DNA from: Auanema rhodensis
Taxonomy: Eukaryota > Animalia > Nematoda
NCBI GenBank assembly: GCA_964057225.1
Contig: OZ059896.1
Coordinates: 310,001-374,000, forward strand
Direction: 5' to 3'
Length of the DNA stretch: 64,000 nucleotides
In this document: positions 1-13,000 of the stretch, one piece after another
Layout of the letters: each line of letters opens with the position of its first letter
Numbering within the stretch: position 1 is the stretch's first letter
Position numbers and translations under genes: made by a program
Notes under the pieces: model-generated
What the model saw: only the letters and a program-made list of their open reading frames with translations
Told to the model about the DNA's origin: nothing
Databases searched by the model: none

Positions 1-176
1 ATATCAATAAAAATTTGTTTTTAGACTAATATGGACATGGGGAATCTAATTTTGAAAACCGCATCTCTTTATCTTTCACGTGAAGCGAGTTACATACCAA
101 GTGCACATCACGAGTACATTTAATTAGCATAAATTAAAGTTCACGTAAATTTCAAAGTCATGGTTACCATGCACCA
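1..176 (+). repeat. Representative 176-bp monomer (this copy carries a private T113A variant)
   Basis: Consensus has 57/176 G+C by hand count, 5 CpGs, several A/T tracts and dyads at 75-84, 101-118, 119-138 and 159-171. Confidence 0.98.
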
Positions 177-1232
177 ATATCAATAAAAATTTGTTTTTAG
201 ACTAATATGGACATGGGGAATCTAATTTTGAAAACCGCATCTCTTTATCTTTCACGTGAAGCGAGTTACATACCAAGTGCACATCACGTGTACATTTAAT
301 TAGCATAAATTAAAGTTCACGTAAATTTCAAAGTCATGGTTACCATGCACCAATATCAATAAAAATTTGTTTTTAGACTAATATGGACATGGGGAATCTA
401 ATTTTGAAAACCGCATCTCTTTATCTTTCACGTGAAGCGAGTTACATACCAAGTGCACATCACGTGTACATTTAATTAGCATAAATTAAAGTTCACGTAA
501 ATTTCAAAGTCATGGTTACCATGAACCAATATCAATAAAAATTTGTTTTTAGACTAATATGGACATGGGGAATCTAATTTTGAAAACCGCATCTCTTTAT
601 CTTTCACGTGAAGCGAGTTACATACCAAGTGCACATCACGTGTACATTTAATTAGCATAAATTAAAGTTCACGTAAATTTCAAAGTCATGGTTACCATGC
701 ACCAATATCAATAAAAATTTGTTTTTAGACTAATATGGACATGGGGAATCTAATTTTGAAAACCGCATCTCTTTATCTTTCACGTGAAGCGAGTTACATA
801 CCAAGTGCACATCACGTGTACATTTAATTAGCATAAATTAAAGTTCACGTAAATTTCAAAGTCATGGTTACCATGAACCAATATCAATAAAAATTTGTTT
901 TTAGACTAATATGGACATGGGGAATCTAATTTTGAAAACCGCATCTCTTTATCTTTCACGTGAAGCGAGTTACATACCAAGTGCACATCACGTGTACATT
1001 TAATTAGCATAAATTAAAGTTCACGTAAATTTCAAAGTCATGGTTACCATGCACCAATATCAATAAAAATTTGTTTTTAGACTAATATGGACATGGGGAA
1101 TCTAATTTTGAAAACCGCATCTCTTTATCTTTCACGTGAAGCGAGTTACATACCAAGTGCACATCACGTGTACATTTAATTAGCATAAATTAAAGTTCAC
1201 GTAAATTTCAAAGTCATGGTTACCATGCACCA

Positions 1233-1429
1233 ATATCAATAAAAATTTGTTTTTAGACTAATATGGACATGGGGAATCTAATTTTGAAAACCGCATCTCT
1301 TCATCTTTCACGTGAAGCGAGTTACATACCAAGTGAAGCGAGTTACATACCAAGTGCACATCACGTGTACATTTAATTAGCATAAATTAAAGTTCACGTA
1401 AATTTCAAAGTCATGGTTACCATGCGCCA
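1233..1429 (+). repeat. 197-bp variant monomer with a 21-bp internal tandem duplication (1312-1353)
   Basis: GTGAAGCGAGTTACATACCAA occurs twice (1312-1332, 1333-1353). The next monomer starts at 1430 rather than 1409. Confidence 0.97.
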
Positions 1430-2133
1430 ATATCAATAAAAATTTGTTTTTAGACTAATATGGACATGGGGAATCTAATTTTGAAAACCGCATCTCTTTA
1501 TCTTTCACGTGAAGCGAGTTACAAACCAAGTGCACATCACGTGTACATTTAATTAGCATAAATTAAAGTTCACGTAAATTTCAAAGTCATGGTTACCATG
1601 AACCAATATCAATAAAAATTTGTTTTTAGACTAATATGGACATGGGGAATCTAATTTTGAAAACCGCATCTCTTTATCTTTCACGTGAAGCGAGTTACAT
1701 ACCAAGTGCACATCACGTGTACATTTAATTAGCATAAATTAAAGTTCACGTAAATTTCAAAGTCATGGTTACCATGAACCAATATCAATAAAAATTTGTT
1801 TTTAGACTAATATGGACATGGGGAATCTAATTTTGAAAACCGCATCTCTTTATCTTTCACGTGAAGCGAGTTACATACCAAGTGCACATCACGTGTACAT
1901 TTAATTAGCATAAATTAAAGTTCACGTAAATTTCAAAGTCATGGTTACCATGCACCAATATCAATAAAAATTTGTTTTTAGACTAATATGGACATGGGGA
2001 ATCTAATTTTGAAAACCGCATCTCTTTATCTTTCACGTGAAGCGAGTTACATACCAAGTGCACATCACGTGTACATTTAATTAGCATAAATTAAAGTTCA
2101 CGTAAATTTCAAAGTCATGGTTACCATGCACCA

Positions 2134-2330
2134 ATATCAATAAAAATTTGTTTTTAGACTAATATGGACATGGGGAATCTAATTTTGAAAACCGCATCTC
2201 TTCATCTTTCACGTGAAGCGAGTTACATACCAAGTGAAGCGAGTTACATACCAAGTGCACATCACGTGTACATTTAATTAGCATAAATTAAAGTTCACGT
2301 AAATTTCAAAGTCATGGTTACCATGCGCCA
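2134..2330 (+). repeat. Second 197-bp variant monomer with the same 21-bp duplication (2213-2254)
   Basis: Same duplication and linked SNPs (CTTCATC, GCGCCA) exactly 901 bp after the first. Confidence 0.97.
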
Positions 2331-3386
2331 ATATCAATAAAAATTTGTTTTTAGACTAATATGGACATGGGGAATCTAATTTTGAAAACCGCATCTCTTT
2401 ATCTTTCACGTGAAGCGAGTTACAAACCAAGTGCACATCACGTGTACATTTAATTAGCATAAATTAAAGTTCACGTAAATTTCAAAGTCATGGTTACCAT
2501 GAACCAATATCAATAAAAATTTGTTTTTAGACTAATATGGACATGGGGAATCTAATTTTGAAAACCGCATCTCTTTATCTTTCACGTGAAGCGAGTTACA
2601 TACCAAGTGCACATCACGTGTACATTTAATTAGCATAAATTAAAGTTCACGTAAATTTCAAAGTCATGGTTACCATGCACCAATATCAATAAAAATTTGT
2701 TTTTAGACTAATATGGACATGGGGAATCTAATTTTGAAAACCGCATCTCTTTATCTTTCACGTGAAGCGAGTTACATACCAAGTGCACATCACGTGTACA
2801 TTTAATTAGCATAAATTAAAGTTCACGTAAATTTCAAAGTCATGGTTACCATGCACCAATATCAATAAAAATTTGTTTTTAGACTAATATGGACATGGGG
2901 AATCTAATTTTGAAAACCGCATCTCTTTATCTTTAACGTGAAGCGAGTTACATACCAAGTGCACATCACGTGTACATTTAATTAGCATAAATTAAAGTTC
3001 ACGTAAAATTCAAAGTCATGGTTACCATGCACCAATATCAATAAAAATTTGTTTTTAGACTAATATGGACATGAAGAATCTAATTTTGAAAACCGCATCT
3101 CTTTATCTTTCACGTGAAGCGAGTTACATACCAAGTGCACATCACGTGTACATTTAATTAGCATAAATTAAAGTTCACGTAAATTTCAAAGTCATGGTTA
3201 CCATGAACCAATATCAATAAAAATTTGTTTTTAGACTAATATGGACATGGGTAATCTAATTTTGAAAACCGCATCTCTTTATCTTTCACGTGAAGCGAGT
3301 TACATACCAAGTGCACATCACGTGTACATTTAATTAGCATAAATTAAAGTTCACGTAAATTTCAAAGTCATGGTTACCATGCACCA

Positions 3387-6300
3387 ATATCAATAAAAAT
3401 TTGTTTTTAGACTAATATGGACATGGGGAATCTAATTTTGAGAACCGCATCTCTTTATCTTTCACGTGAAGCGAGTTACATACCAAGTGCACATCACGTG
3501 TACATTTAATTAGCATAAATTAAAGTTCACGTAAATTTCAAAGTCATGGTTACCATGAACCAATATCAATAAAAATTTGTTTTTAGACTAATATGGACAT
3601 GGGGAATCTAATTTTGAAAACCGCATCTCTTTATCTTTCACGTGAAGCGAGTTACATACCAAGTGCACATCACGTGTACATTTAATTAGCATAAATTAAA
3701 GTTCACGTAAATTTCAAAGTCATGGTTACCATGAACCAATATCAATAAAAATTTGTTTTTAGACTAATATGGACATGGGGAATCTAATTTTGAAAACCGC
3801 ATCTCTTTATCTTTCACGTGAAGCGAGTTACATACCAAGTGCACATCACGTGTACATTTAATTAGCATAAATTAAAGTTCACGTAAATTTCAAAGTTATG
3901 GTTGCCATGCACCAATATCAATAAAAATTTGTTTTTAGACTAATATGGACATGGGGAATCTAATTTTGAAAACCGCATCTCTTTATCTTTCACGTGAAGC
4001 GAGTTACATACCAAGTGCACATCACGTGTACATTTAATTAGCATAAATTAAAGTTCACGTAAATTTCAAAGTCATGGTTACCATGAACCAATATCAATAA
4101 AAATTTGTTTTTAGACTAATATGGACATGGGGAATCTAATTTTGAAAACCGCATCTCTTTATCTTTCACGTGAAGCGAGTTACATACCAAGTGCACATCA
4201 CGTGTACATTTAATTAGCATAAATTAAAGTTCACGTAAATTTCAAAGTCATGGTTACCATGAACCAATATCAATAAAAATTTGTTTTTAGACTAATATGG
4301 ACATGGGGAATCTAATTTTGAAAACCGCATCTCTTTATCTTTCACGTGAAGCGAGTTACATACCAAGTGCACATCACGTGTACATTTAATTAGCATAAAT
4401 TAAAGTTCACGTAAATTTCAAAGTCATGGTTACCATGAACCAATATCAATAAAAATTTGTTTTTAGACTAATATGGACATGGGGAATCTAATTTTGAAAA
4501 CCGCATCTCTTTATCTTTCACGTGAAGCGAGTTACATACCAAGTGCACATCACGTGTACATTTAATTAGCATAAATTAAAGTTCACGTAAATTTCAAAGT
4601 CATGGTTACCATGAAGCAATATCAATAAAAATTTGTTTTTAGACTAATATGGACATGGGGAATCTAATTTTGAAAACCGCATCTCTTTATCTTTCACGTG
4701 AAGCGAGTTACATACCAAGTGCACATCACGTGTACATTCAATTAGCATAAATTAAAGTTCACGTAAATTTCAAAGTCATGGTTACCATGCACCAATATCA
4801 ATAAAAATTTGTTTTTAGACTAATATGGACATGGGGAATCTAATTTTGAAAACCGCATCTCTTTATCTTTCACGTGAAGCGAGTTACATACCAAGTGCAC
4901 ATCACGTGTACATTTAATTAGCATAAATTAAAGTTCACGTAAATTTCAAAGTTATGGTTGCCATGCACCAATATCAATAAAAATTTGTTTTTAGACTAAT
5001 ATGGACATGGGGAATCTAATTTTGAAAACCGCATCTCTTTATCTTTCACGTGAAGCGAGTTACATACCAAGTGCACATCACGTGTACATTTAATTAGCAT
5101 AAATTAAAGTTCACGTAAATTTCAAAGTCATGGTTACCATGCACCAATATCAATAAAAATTTGTTTTTAGACTAATATGGACATGGGGAATCTAATTTTG
5201 AGAACCGCATCTCTTTATCTTTCACGTGAAGCGAGTTACATACCAAGTGCACATCACGTGTACATTTAATTAGCATAAATTAAAGTTCACGTAAATTTCA
5301 AAGTCATGGTTACCATGAACCAATATCAATAAAAATTTGTTTTTAGACTAATATGGACATGGGGAATCTAATTTTGAAAACCGCATCTCTTTATCTTTCA
5401 CGTGAAGCGAGTTACATACCAAGTGCACATCACGTGTACATTTAATTAGCATAAATTAAAGTTCACGTAAATTTCAAAGTCATGGTTACCATGAACCAAT
5501 ATCAATAAAAATTTGTTTTTAGACTAATATGGATATGGGGAATCTAATTTTGAAAACCGCATCTCTTTATCTTTCACGTGAAGCGAGTTACATACCAAGT
5601 GCACATCACGTGTACATTTAATTAGCATAAATTAAAGTTCACGTAAATTTCAAAGTTATGGTTGCCATGCACCAATATCAATAAAAATTTGTTTTTAGAC
5701 TAATATGGACATGGGGAATCTAATTTTGAAAACCGCATCTCTTTATCTTTCACGTGAAGCGAGTTACATACCAAGTGCACATCACGTGTACATTTAATTA
5801 GCATAAATTAAAGTTCACGTAAATTTCAAAGTCATGGTTACCATGAACCAATATCAATAAAAATTTGTTTTTAGACTAATATGGACATGGGGAATCTAAT
5901 TTTGAAAACCGCATCTCTTTATCTTTCACGTGAAGCGAGTTACATACCAAGTGCACATCACGTGTACATTTAATTAGCATAAATTAAAGTTCACGTAAAT
6001 TTCAAAGTCATGGTTACCATGAACCAATATCAATAAAAATTTGTTTTTAGACTAATATGGACATGGGGAATCTAATTTTGAAAACCGCATCTCTTTATCT
6101 TTCACGTGAAGCGAGTTACATACCAAGTGCACATCACGTGTACATTTAATTAGCATAAATTAAAGTTCACGTAAATTTCAAAGTCATGGTTACCATGAAC
6201 CAATATCAATAAAAATTTGTTTTTAGACTAATATGGACATGGGGAATCTAATTTTGAAAACCGCATCTCTTTATCTTTCACGTGAAGCGAGTTACATACC

Positions 6301-7082
6301 AAGTGCACATCACGTGTACATTTAATTAGCATAAATTAAAGTTCACGTAAATTTCAAAGTCATGGTTACCATGAAGCAATATCAATAAAAATTTGTTTTT
6401 AGACTAATATGGACATGGGGAATCTAATTTTGAAAACCGCATCTCTTTATCTTTCACGTGAAGCGAGTTACATACCAAGTGCACATCACGTGTACATTCA
6501 ATTAGCATAAATTAAAGTTCACGTAAATTTCAAAGTCATGGTTACCATGCACCAATATCAATAAAAATTTGTTTTTAGACTAATATGGACATGGGGAATC
6601 TAATTTTGAAAACCGCATCTCTTTATCTTTCACGTGAAGCGAGTTACATACCAAGTGCACATCACGTGTACATTTAATTAGCATAAATTAAAGTTCACGT
6701 AAATTTCAAAGTCATGGTTACCATGAAGCAATATCAATAAAAATTTGTTTTTAGACTAATATGTACATGAAGAATCTAATTTTGAAAACCGCATCTCTTT
6801 ATCTTTCACGTGAAGCGAGTTACATACCAAGTGCACATCACGTGTACATTTAATTAGCATAAATTAAAGTTCACGTAAATTTCAAAGTCATGGTTACCAT
6901 GAACCAATATCAATAAAAATTTGTTTTTAGACTAATATGGACATGGGGAATCTAATTTTGAGAACCGCATCTCTTTATCTTTCACGTGAAGCGAGTTACA
7001 TACCAAGTGCACATCACGTGTACATTTAATTAGCATAAATTAAAGTTCACGTAAATTTCAAAGTCATGGTTACCATGAACCA
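3387..7082 (+). repeat. Local higher-order duplication: 10 monomers (1760 bp) x about 2
   Basis: GAGAACC at about 3441/5201/6961, TTATGGTTGCC at about 3897/5657, and GAAGCA followed by CATTCAA at about 4735/6495. Confidence 0.85.
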
Positions 7083-10000
7083 ATATCAATAAAAATTTGT
7101 TTTTAGACTAATATGGACATGGGTAATCTATTTTTGAAAACCGCATCTCTTTATCTTTCACGTGAAGCGAGTTACATACCAAGTGCACATCACGTGTACA
7201 TTTAATTAGCATAAATTAAAGTTCACGTAAATTTCAAAGTCATGGTTACCATGCACCAATATCAATAAAAATTTGTTTTTAGACTAATATGGACATGGGG
7301 AATCTAATTTTGAAAACCGCATCTCTTTATCTTTCACGTGAAGCGAGTTACATACCAAGTGCACATCACGTGTACATTTAATTAGCATAAATTAAAGTTC
7401 ACGTAAATTTCAAAGTCATGGTTACCATGAACCAATATCAATAAAAATTTGTTTTTAGACTAATATGGACATGGGGAATCTAATTTTGAAAACCGCATCT
7501 CTTTATCTTCCACGTGAAGCGAGTTACATACCAAGTGCACATCACGTGTACATTTAATTAGCATAAATTAAAGTTCACGTAAATTTCAAAGTCATGGTTA
7601 CCATGAACCAATATCAATAAAAATTTGTTTTTAGACTAATATGGACATGGGGAATCTAATTTTGAAAACCGCATCTCTTTATCTTTCACGTGAAGCGAGT
7701 TACATACCAAGTGCACATCACGTGTACATTTAATTAGCATAAATTAAAGTTCACGTAAATTTCAAAGTCATGGTTACCATGAACCAATATCAATAAAAAT
7801 TTGTTTTTAGACTAATATGGACATGGGGAATCTAATTTTGAAAACCGCATCTCTTTATCTTTCACGTGAAGCGAGTTACATACCAAGTGCACATCACGTG
7901 TACATTTAATTAGCATAAATTAAAGTTCACGTAAATTTCAAAGTCATGGTTACCATGAACCAATATCAATAAAAATTTGTTTTTAGACTAATATGGACAT
8001 GGGGAATCTAATTTTGAAAACCACATCTCTTTATCTTTCACGTGAAGCGAGTTACATACCAAGTGCACATCACGTGTACATTTAATTAGCATAAATTAAA
8101 GTTCACGTAAATTTCAAAGTCATGGTTACCATGAAGCAATATCAATAAAAATTTGTTTTTAGACTAATATGGACATGGGGAATCTAATTTTGAAAACCGC
8201 TTCTCTTTATCTTTCACGTGAAGCGAGTTACATACCAAGTGCACATCACGTGTACATTTAATTAGCATAAATTAAAGTTCACGTAAATTTCAAAGTCATG
8301 GTTACCATGAAGCAATATCAATAAAAATTTGTTTTTAGCTTAATATGGACATGAAGAATCTAATTTTGAAAACCGCATCTCTTTATCTTTCACGTGAAGC
8401 GAGTTACATACCAAGTGCACATCACGTGTACATTTAATTAGCATAAATTAAAGTTCACGTAAATTTCAAAGTCATGGTTACCATGCACCAATATCAATAA
8501 AAATTTGTTTTTAGACTAATATGGACATGGGGAATCTAATTTTGAAAACCGCATCTCTTTATCTTTCACGTGAAGCGAGTTACATACCAAGTGCACATCA
8601 CGTGTACATTTAATTAGCATAAATTAAAGTTCACGTAAATTTCAAAGTCATGGTTACCATGAACCAATATCAATAAAAATTTGTTTTTAGACTAATATGG
8701 ACATGGGGAATCTAATTTTGAAAACCGCATCTCTTTATCTTTCACGTGAAGCGAGTTACATACCAAGTGCACATCACGTGTACATTTAATTAGCATAAAT
8801 TAAAGTTCACGTAAATTTCAAAGTCATGGTTACCATGAACCAATATCAATAAAAATTTGTTTTTAGACTAATATGGACATGGGGAATCTAATTTTGAAAA
8901 CCGCATCTCTTTATCTTTCACGTGAAGCGAGTTACATACCAAGTGCACATCACGTGTACATTTAATTAGCATAAATTAAAGTTCACGTAAATTTCAAAGT
9001 CATGGTTACCATGAACCAATATCAATAAAAATTTGTTTTTAGACTAATATGGACATGGGGAATCTAATTTTGAAAACCGCATCTCTTTATCTTTCACGTG
9101 AAGCGAGTTACATACCAAGTGCACATCACGTGTACATTTAATTAGCATAAATTAAAGTTCACGTAAATTTCAAAGTCATGGTTACCATGAAGCAATATCA
9201 ATAAAAATTTGTTTTTAGACTAATATGGACATGGGGAATCTAATTTTGAAAACCGCTTCTCTTTATCTTTCACGTGAAGCGAGTTACATACCAAGTGCAC
9301 ATCACGTGTACATTTAATTAGCATAAATTAAAGTTCACGTAAATTTCAAAGTCATGGTTACCATGAAGCAATATCAATAAAAATTTGTTTTTAGACTAAT
9401 ATGGACATGAAGAATCTAATTTTGAAAACCGCATCTCTTTATCTTTCACGTGAAGCGAGTTACATACCAAGTGCACATCACGTGTACATTTAATTAGCAT
9501 AAATTAAAGTTCACGTAAATTTCAAAGTCATGGTTACCATGAACCAATATCAATAAAAATTTGTTTTTAGACTAATATGGACATGGGTAATCTAATTTTG
9601 AAAACCGCATCTCTTTATCTTTCACGTGAAGCGAGTTACATACCAAGTGCACATCACGTGTACATTTAATTAGCATAAATTAAAGTTCACGTAAATTTCA
9701 AAGTCATGGTTACCATGCACCAATATCAATAAAAATTTGTTTTTAGACTAATATGGACATGGGGAATCTAATTTTGAAAACCGCATCTCTTTATCTTTCA
9801 CGTGAAGCGAGTTACATACCAAGTGCACATCACGTGTACATTTAATTAGCATAAATTAAAGTTCACGTAAATTTCAAAGTCATGGTTACCATGAAGTAAT
9901 ATCAATAAAAATTTGTTTTTAGACTAATATGGACATGGGGAATCTAATTTTGAAAACCGCATCTCTTTATCTTTCACGTGAAGCGAGTTACATACCAAGT

Positions 10001-13000
10001 GCACATCACGTGTACATTTAATTAGCATAAATTAAAGTTCACGTAAATTTCAAAGTCATGGTTACCATGCACCAATATCAATAAAAACTTGTTTTTAGAC
10101 TAATATGGACATGGGGAATCTAATTTTGAAAACCGCATCTCTTTATCTTTCACGTGAAGCGACTTACATACCAAGTGCACATCACGTGTACATTTAATTA
10201 GCATAAATTAAAGTTCACGTAAATTTCAAAGTTATGGTTACCATGCACCAATATCAATAAAAATTTGTTTTTAGACTAATATGGACATGGGGAATCTAAT
10301 TTTGAAAACCGCATCTCTTTATCTTTCACGTGAAGCGAGTTACATACCAAGTGCACATCACGTGTACATTTAATTAGCATAAATTAAAGTTCACGTAAAT
10401 TTCAAAGTCATGGTTACCATGAAGTAATATCAATAAAAATTTGTTTTTAGACTAATATGGACATGGGGAATCTAATTTTGAAAACCGCATCTCTTTATCT
10501 TTCACGTGAAGCGAGTTACATACCAAGTGCACATCACGTGTACATTTAATTAGCATAAATTAAAGTTCACGTAAATTTCAAAGTCATGGTTACCTTGAAC
10601 CAATATCAATAAAAATTTGTTTTTAGACTAATATGGACATGGGGAATCTAATTTTGAAAACCGCATCTCTTTATCTTTCACGTGAAGCGAGTTACATACC
10701 AAGTGCACATCACGTGTACATTTAATTAGCATAAATTAAAGTTCACGTAAATTTCAAAGTCATGGTTACCATGAACCAATATCAATAAAAATTTGTTTTT
10801 AGACTAATATGGACATGGGGAATCTAATTTTGAAAACCGCATCTCTTTATCTTTCACGTGAAGCGAGTTACATACCAAGTGCACATCACGTGTACATTTA
10901 ATTAGCATAAATTAAAGTTCACGTAAATTTCAAAGTCATGGTTACCATGAGGCAATATCAATAAAAATTCGTTTTTAGACTAATATGGACATGGGGAATC
11001 TAATTTTGAAAACCGCATCTCTTTATCTTTCACGTGAAGCGAGTTACATACCAAGTGCACATCATGTGTACATTTAATTAGCATAAATTAAAGTTCACGT
11101 AAATTTCAAAGTCATGGTTACCATGAAGCAATATCAATAAAAATTTGTTTTTAGACTAATATGGACATGGGGAATCTAATTTTGAAAACCGCATCTCTTT
11201 ATCTTTCACGTGAAGCGAGTTACATACCAAGTGCACATCACGTGTACATTTAATTAGCATAAATTAAAGTTCACGTAAATTTCAAAGTTATGGTTACCAT
11301 GCACCAATATCAATAAAAATTTGTTTTTAGACTAATATGGACATGGGGAATCTAATTTTGAAAACCGCATCTCTTTATCTTTCACGTGAAGCGAGTTACA
11401 TACCAAGTGCACATCACGTGTACATTTAATTAGCATAAATTAAAGTTCACGTAAATTTCAAAGTCATGGTTACCATGAAGTAATATCAATAAAAATTTGT
11501 TTTTAGACTAATATGGACATGGGGAATCTAATTTTGAAAACCGCATCTCTTTATCTTTCACGTGAAGCGAGTTACATACCAAGTGCACATCACGTGTACA
11601 TTTAATTAGCATAAATTAAAGTTCACGTAAATTTCAAAGTCATGGTTACCTTGAACCAATATCAATAAAAATTTGTTTTTAGACTAATATGGACATGGGG
11701 AATCTAATTTTGAAAACCGCATCTCTTTATCTTTCACGTGAAGCGAGTTACATACCAAGTGCACATCACGTGTACATTTAATTAGCATAAATTAAAGTTC
11801 ACGTAAATTTCAAAGTCATGGTTACCATGAGGCAATATCAATAAAAATTCGTTTTTAGACTAATATGGACATGGGGAATCTAATTTTGAAAACCGCATCT
11901 CTTTATCTTTCACGTGAAGCGAGTTACATACCAAGTGCACATCATGTGTACATTTAATTAGCATAAATTAAAGTTCACGTAAATTTCAAAGTCATGGTTA
12001 CCATGAAGCAATATCAATAAAAATTTGTTTTTAGACTAATATGGACATGGGGAATCTAATTTTGAAAACCGCATCTCTTTATCTTTCACGTGAAGCGAGT
12101 TACATACCAAGTGCACATCACGTGTACATTTAATTAGCATAAATTAAAGTTCACGTAAATTTCAAAGTCATGGTTACCATGAACCAATATCAATAAAAAT
12201 TTGTTTTTAGACTAATATGGACATGGGGAATCTAATTTTGAAAACCGCATCTCTTTATCTTTCACGTGAAGCGAGTTACTTACCAAGTGCACATCACGTG
12301 TACATTTAATTAGCATAAATTAAAGTTCACGTAAATTTCAAAGTCATGGTTACCATGAAGCAATATCAATAAAAATTTGTTTTTAGACTAATATGGACAT
12401 GGGGAATCTAATTTTGAAAACCGCATCTCTTTATCTTTCACGTGAAGCGAGTTACATACCAAGTGCACATCACGTGTACATTTAATTAGCATGAATTAAA
12501 GTTCACGTAAATTTCAAAGTCATGGTTACCATGCACCAATATCAATAAAAATTTGTTTTTAGACTAATATGGACATGGGGAATCTAATTTTGAAAACCGC
12601 ATCTCTTTATCTTTCACGTGAAGCGAGTTACATACCAAGTGCACATCACGTGTACATTTAATTAGCATGAATTAAAGTTCACGTAAATTTCAAAGTCATG
12701 GTTACCATGCACCAATATCAATAAAAATTTGTTTTTAGACTAATATGGACATGGGGAATCTAATTTTGAAAACCGCATCTCTTTATCTTTCACGTGAAGC
12801 GAGTTACATACCAAGTGCACATCACGTGTACATTTAATTAGCATAAATTAAAGTTCACGTAAATTTCAAAGTCATGGTTACCATGCACCAATATCAATAA
12901 AAATTTGTTTTTAGACTAATATGGACATGGGGAATCTAATTTTGAAAACCGCATCTCTTTATCTTTCACGTGAAGCGAGTTACATACCAAGTGCACATCA

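Larger units (their letters stand above)
705..2506 (+). repeat. Local higher-order duplication: 5 monomers (901 bp) x2
   Basis: The 21-bp duplication, T70C, GCGCCA, ACAAACC and the order of C/A alleles at position 172 all repeat at offset 901. Confidence 0.92.

Noticed and set aside
31-123. 30-codon ORF in each monomer (consensus MDMGNLILKTASLYLSREASYIPSAHHVYI*); the 21-bp duplication is in frame with it
   Set aside because: Length is compatible with chance. My by-eye tally of distinct variants is roughly 12 synonymous to 29 non-synonymous, near neutral expectation, and includes a recurrent nonsense change (TCA>TAA), start loss and stop loss.
107-160. Budding-yeast point centromere (CDEI match followed by AT-rich DNA)
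   Set aside because: There is no approximately 80-bp >90% AT CDEII and no CDEIII CCGAA core, and point centromeres are not tandemly arrayed.
163-174. RFX X-box-like GTTACCATG(AAC)
   Set aside because: Only a half-site; the required RGYAAC second half is missing.
1-176. Assignment to known satellites of similar length (Brassica CentBr, Arabidopsis CEN178, primate alpha, honeybee AluI repeat)
   Set aside because: Only the length matches. The consensus has no HindIII/AluI (AGCT) site and no similarity that I recognise. A BLAST search is needed.
1-176. CENP-B box
   Set aside because: No TTCG-N4-A-N2-CGGG on either strand. The consensus has no TTCG/CGAA or CGGG/CCCG.
1-176. Tandem 5S rRNA/tRNA/snRNA gene or telomeric repeat
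   Set aside because: No recognisable Pol III A/B/C boxes, cloverleaf or telomeric motif, and the unit is too AT-rich.
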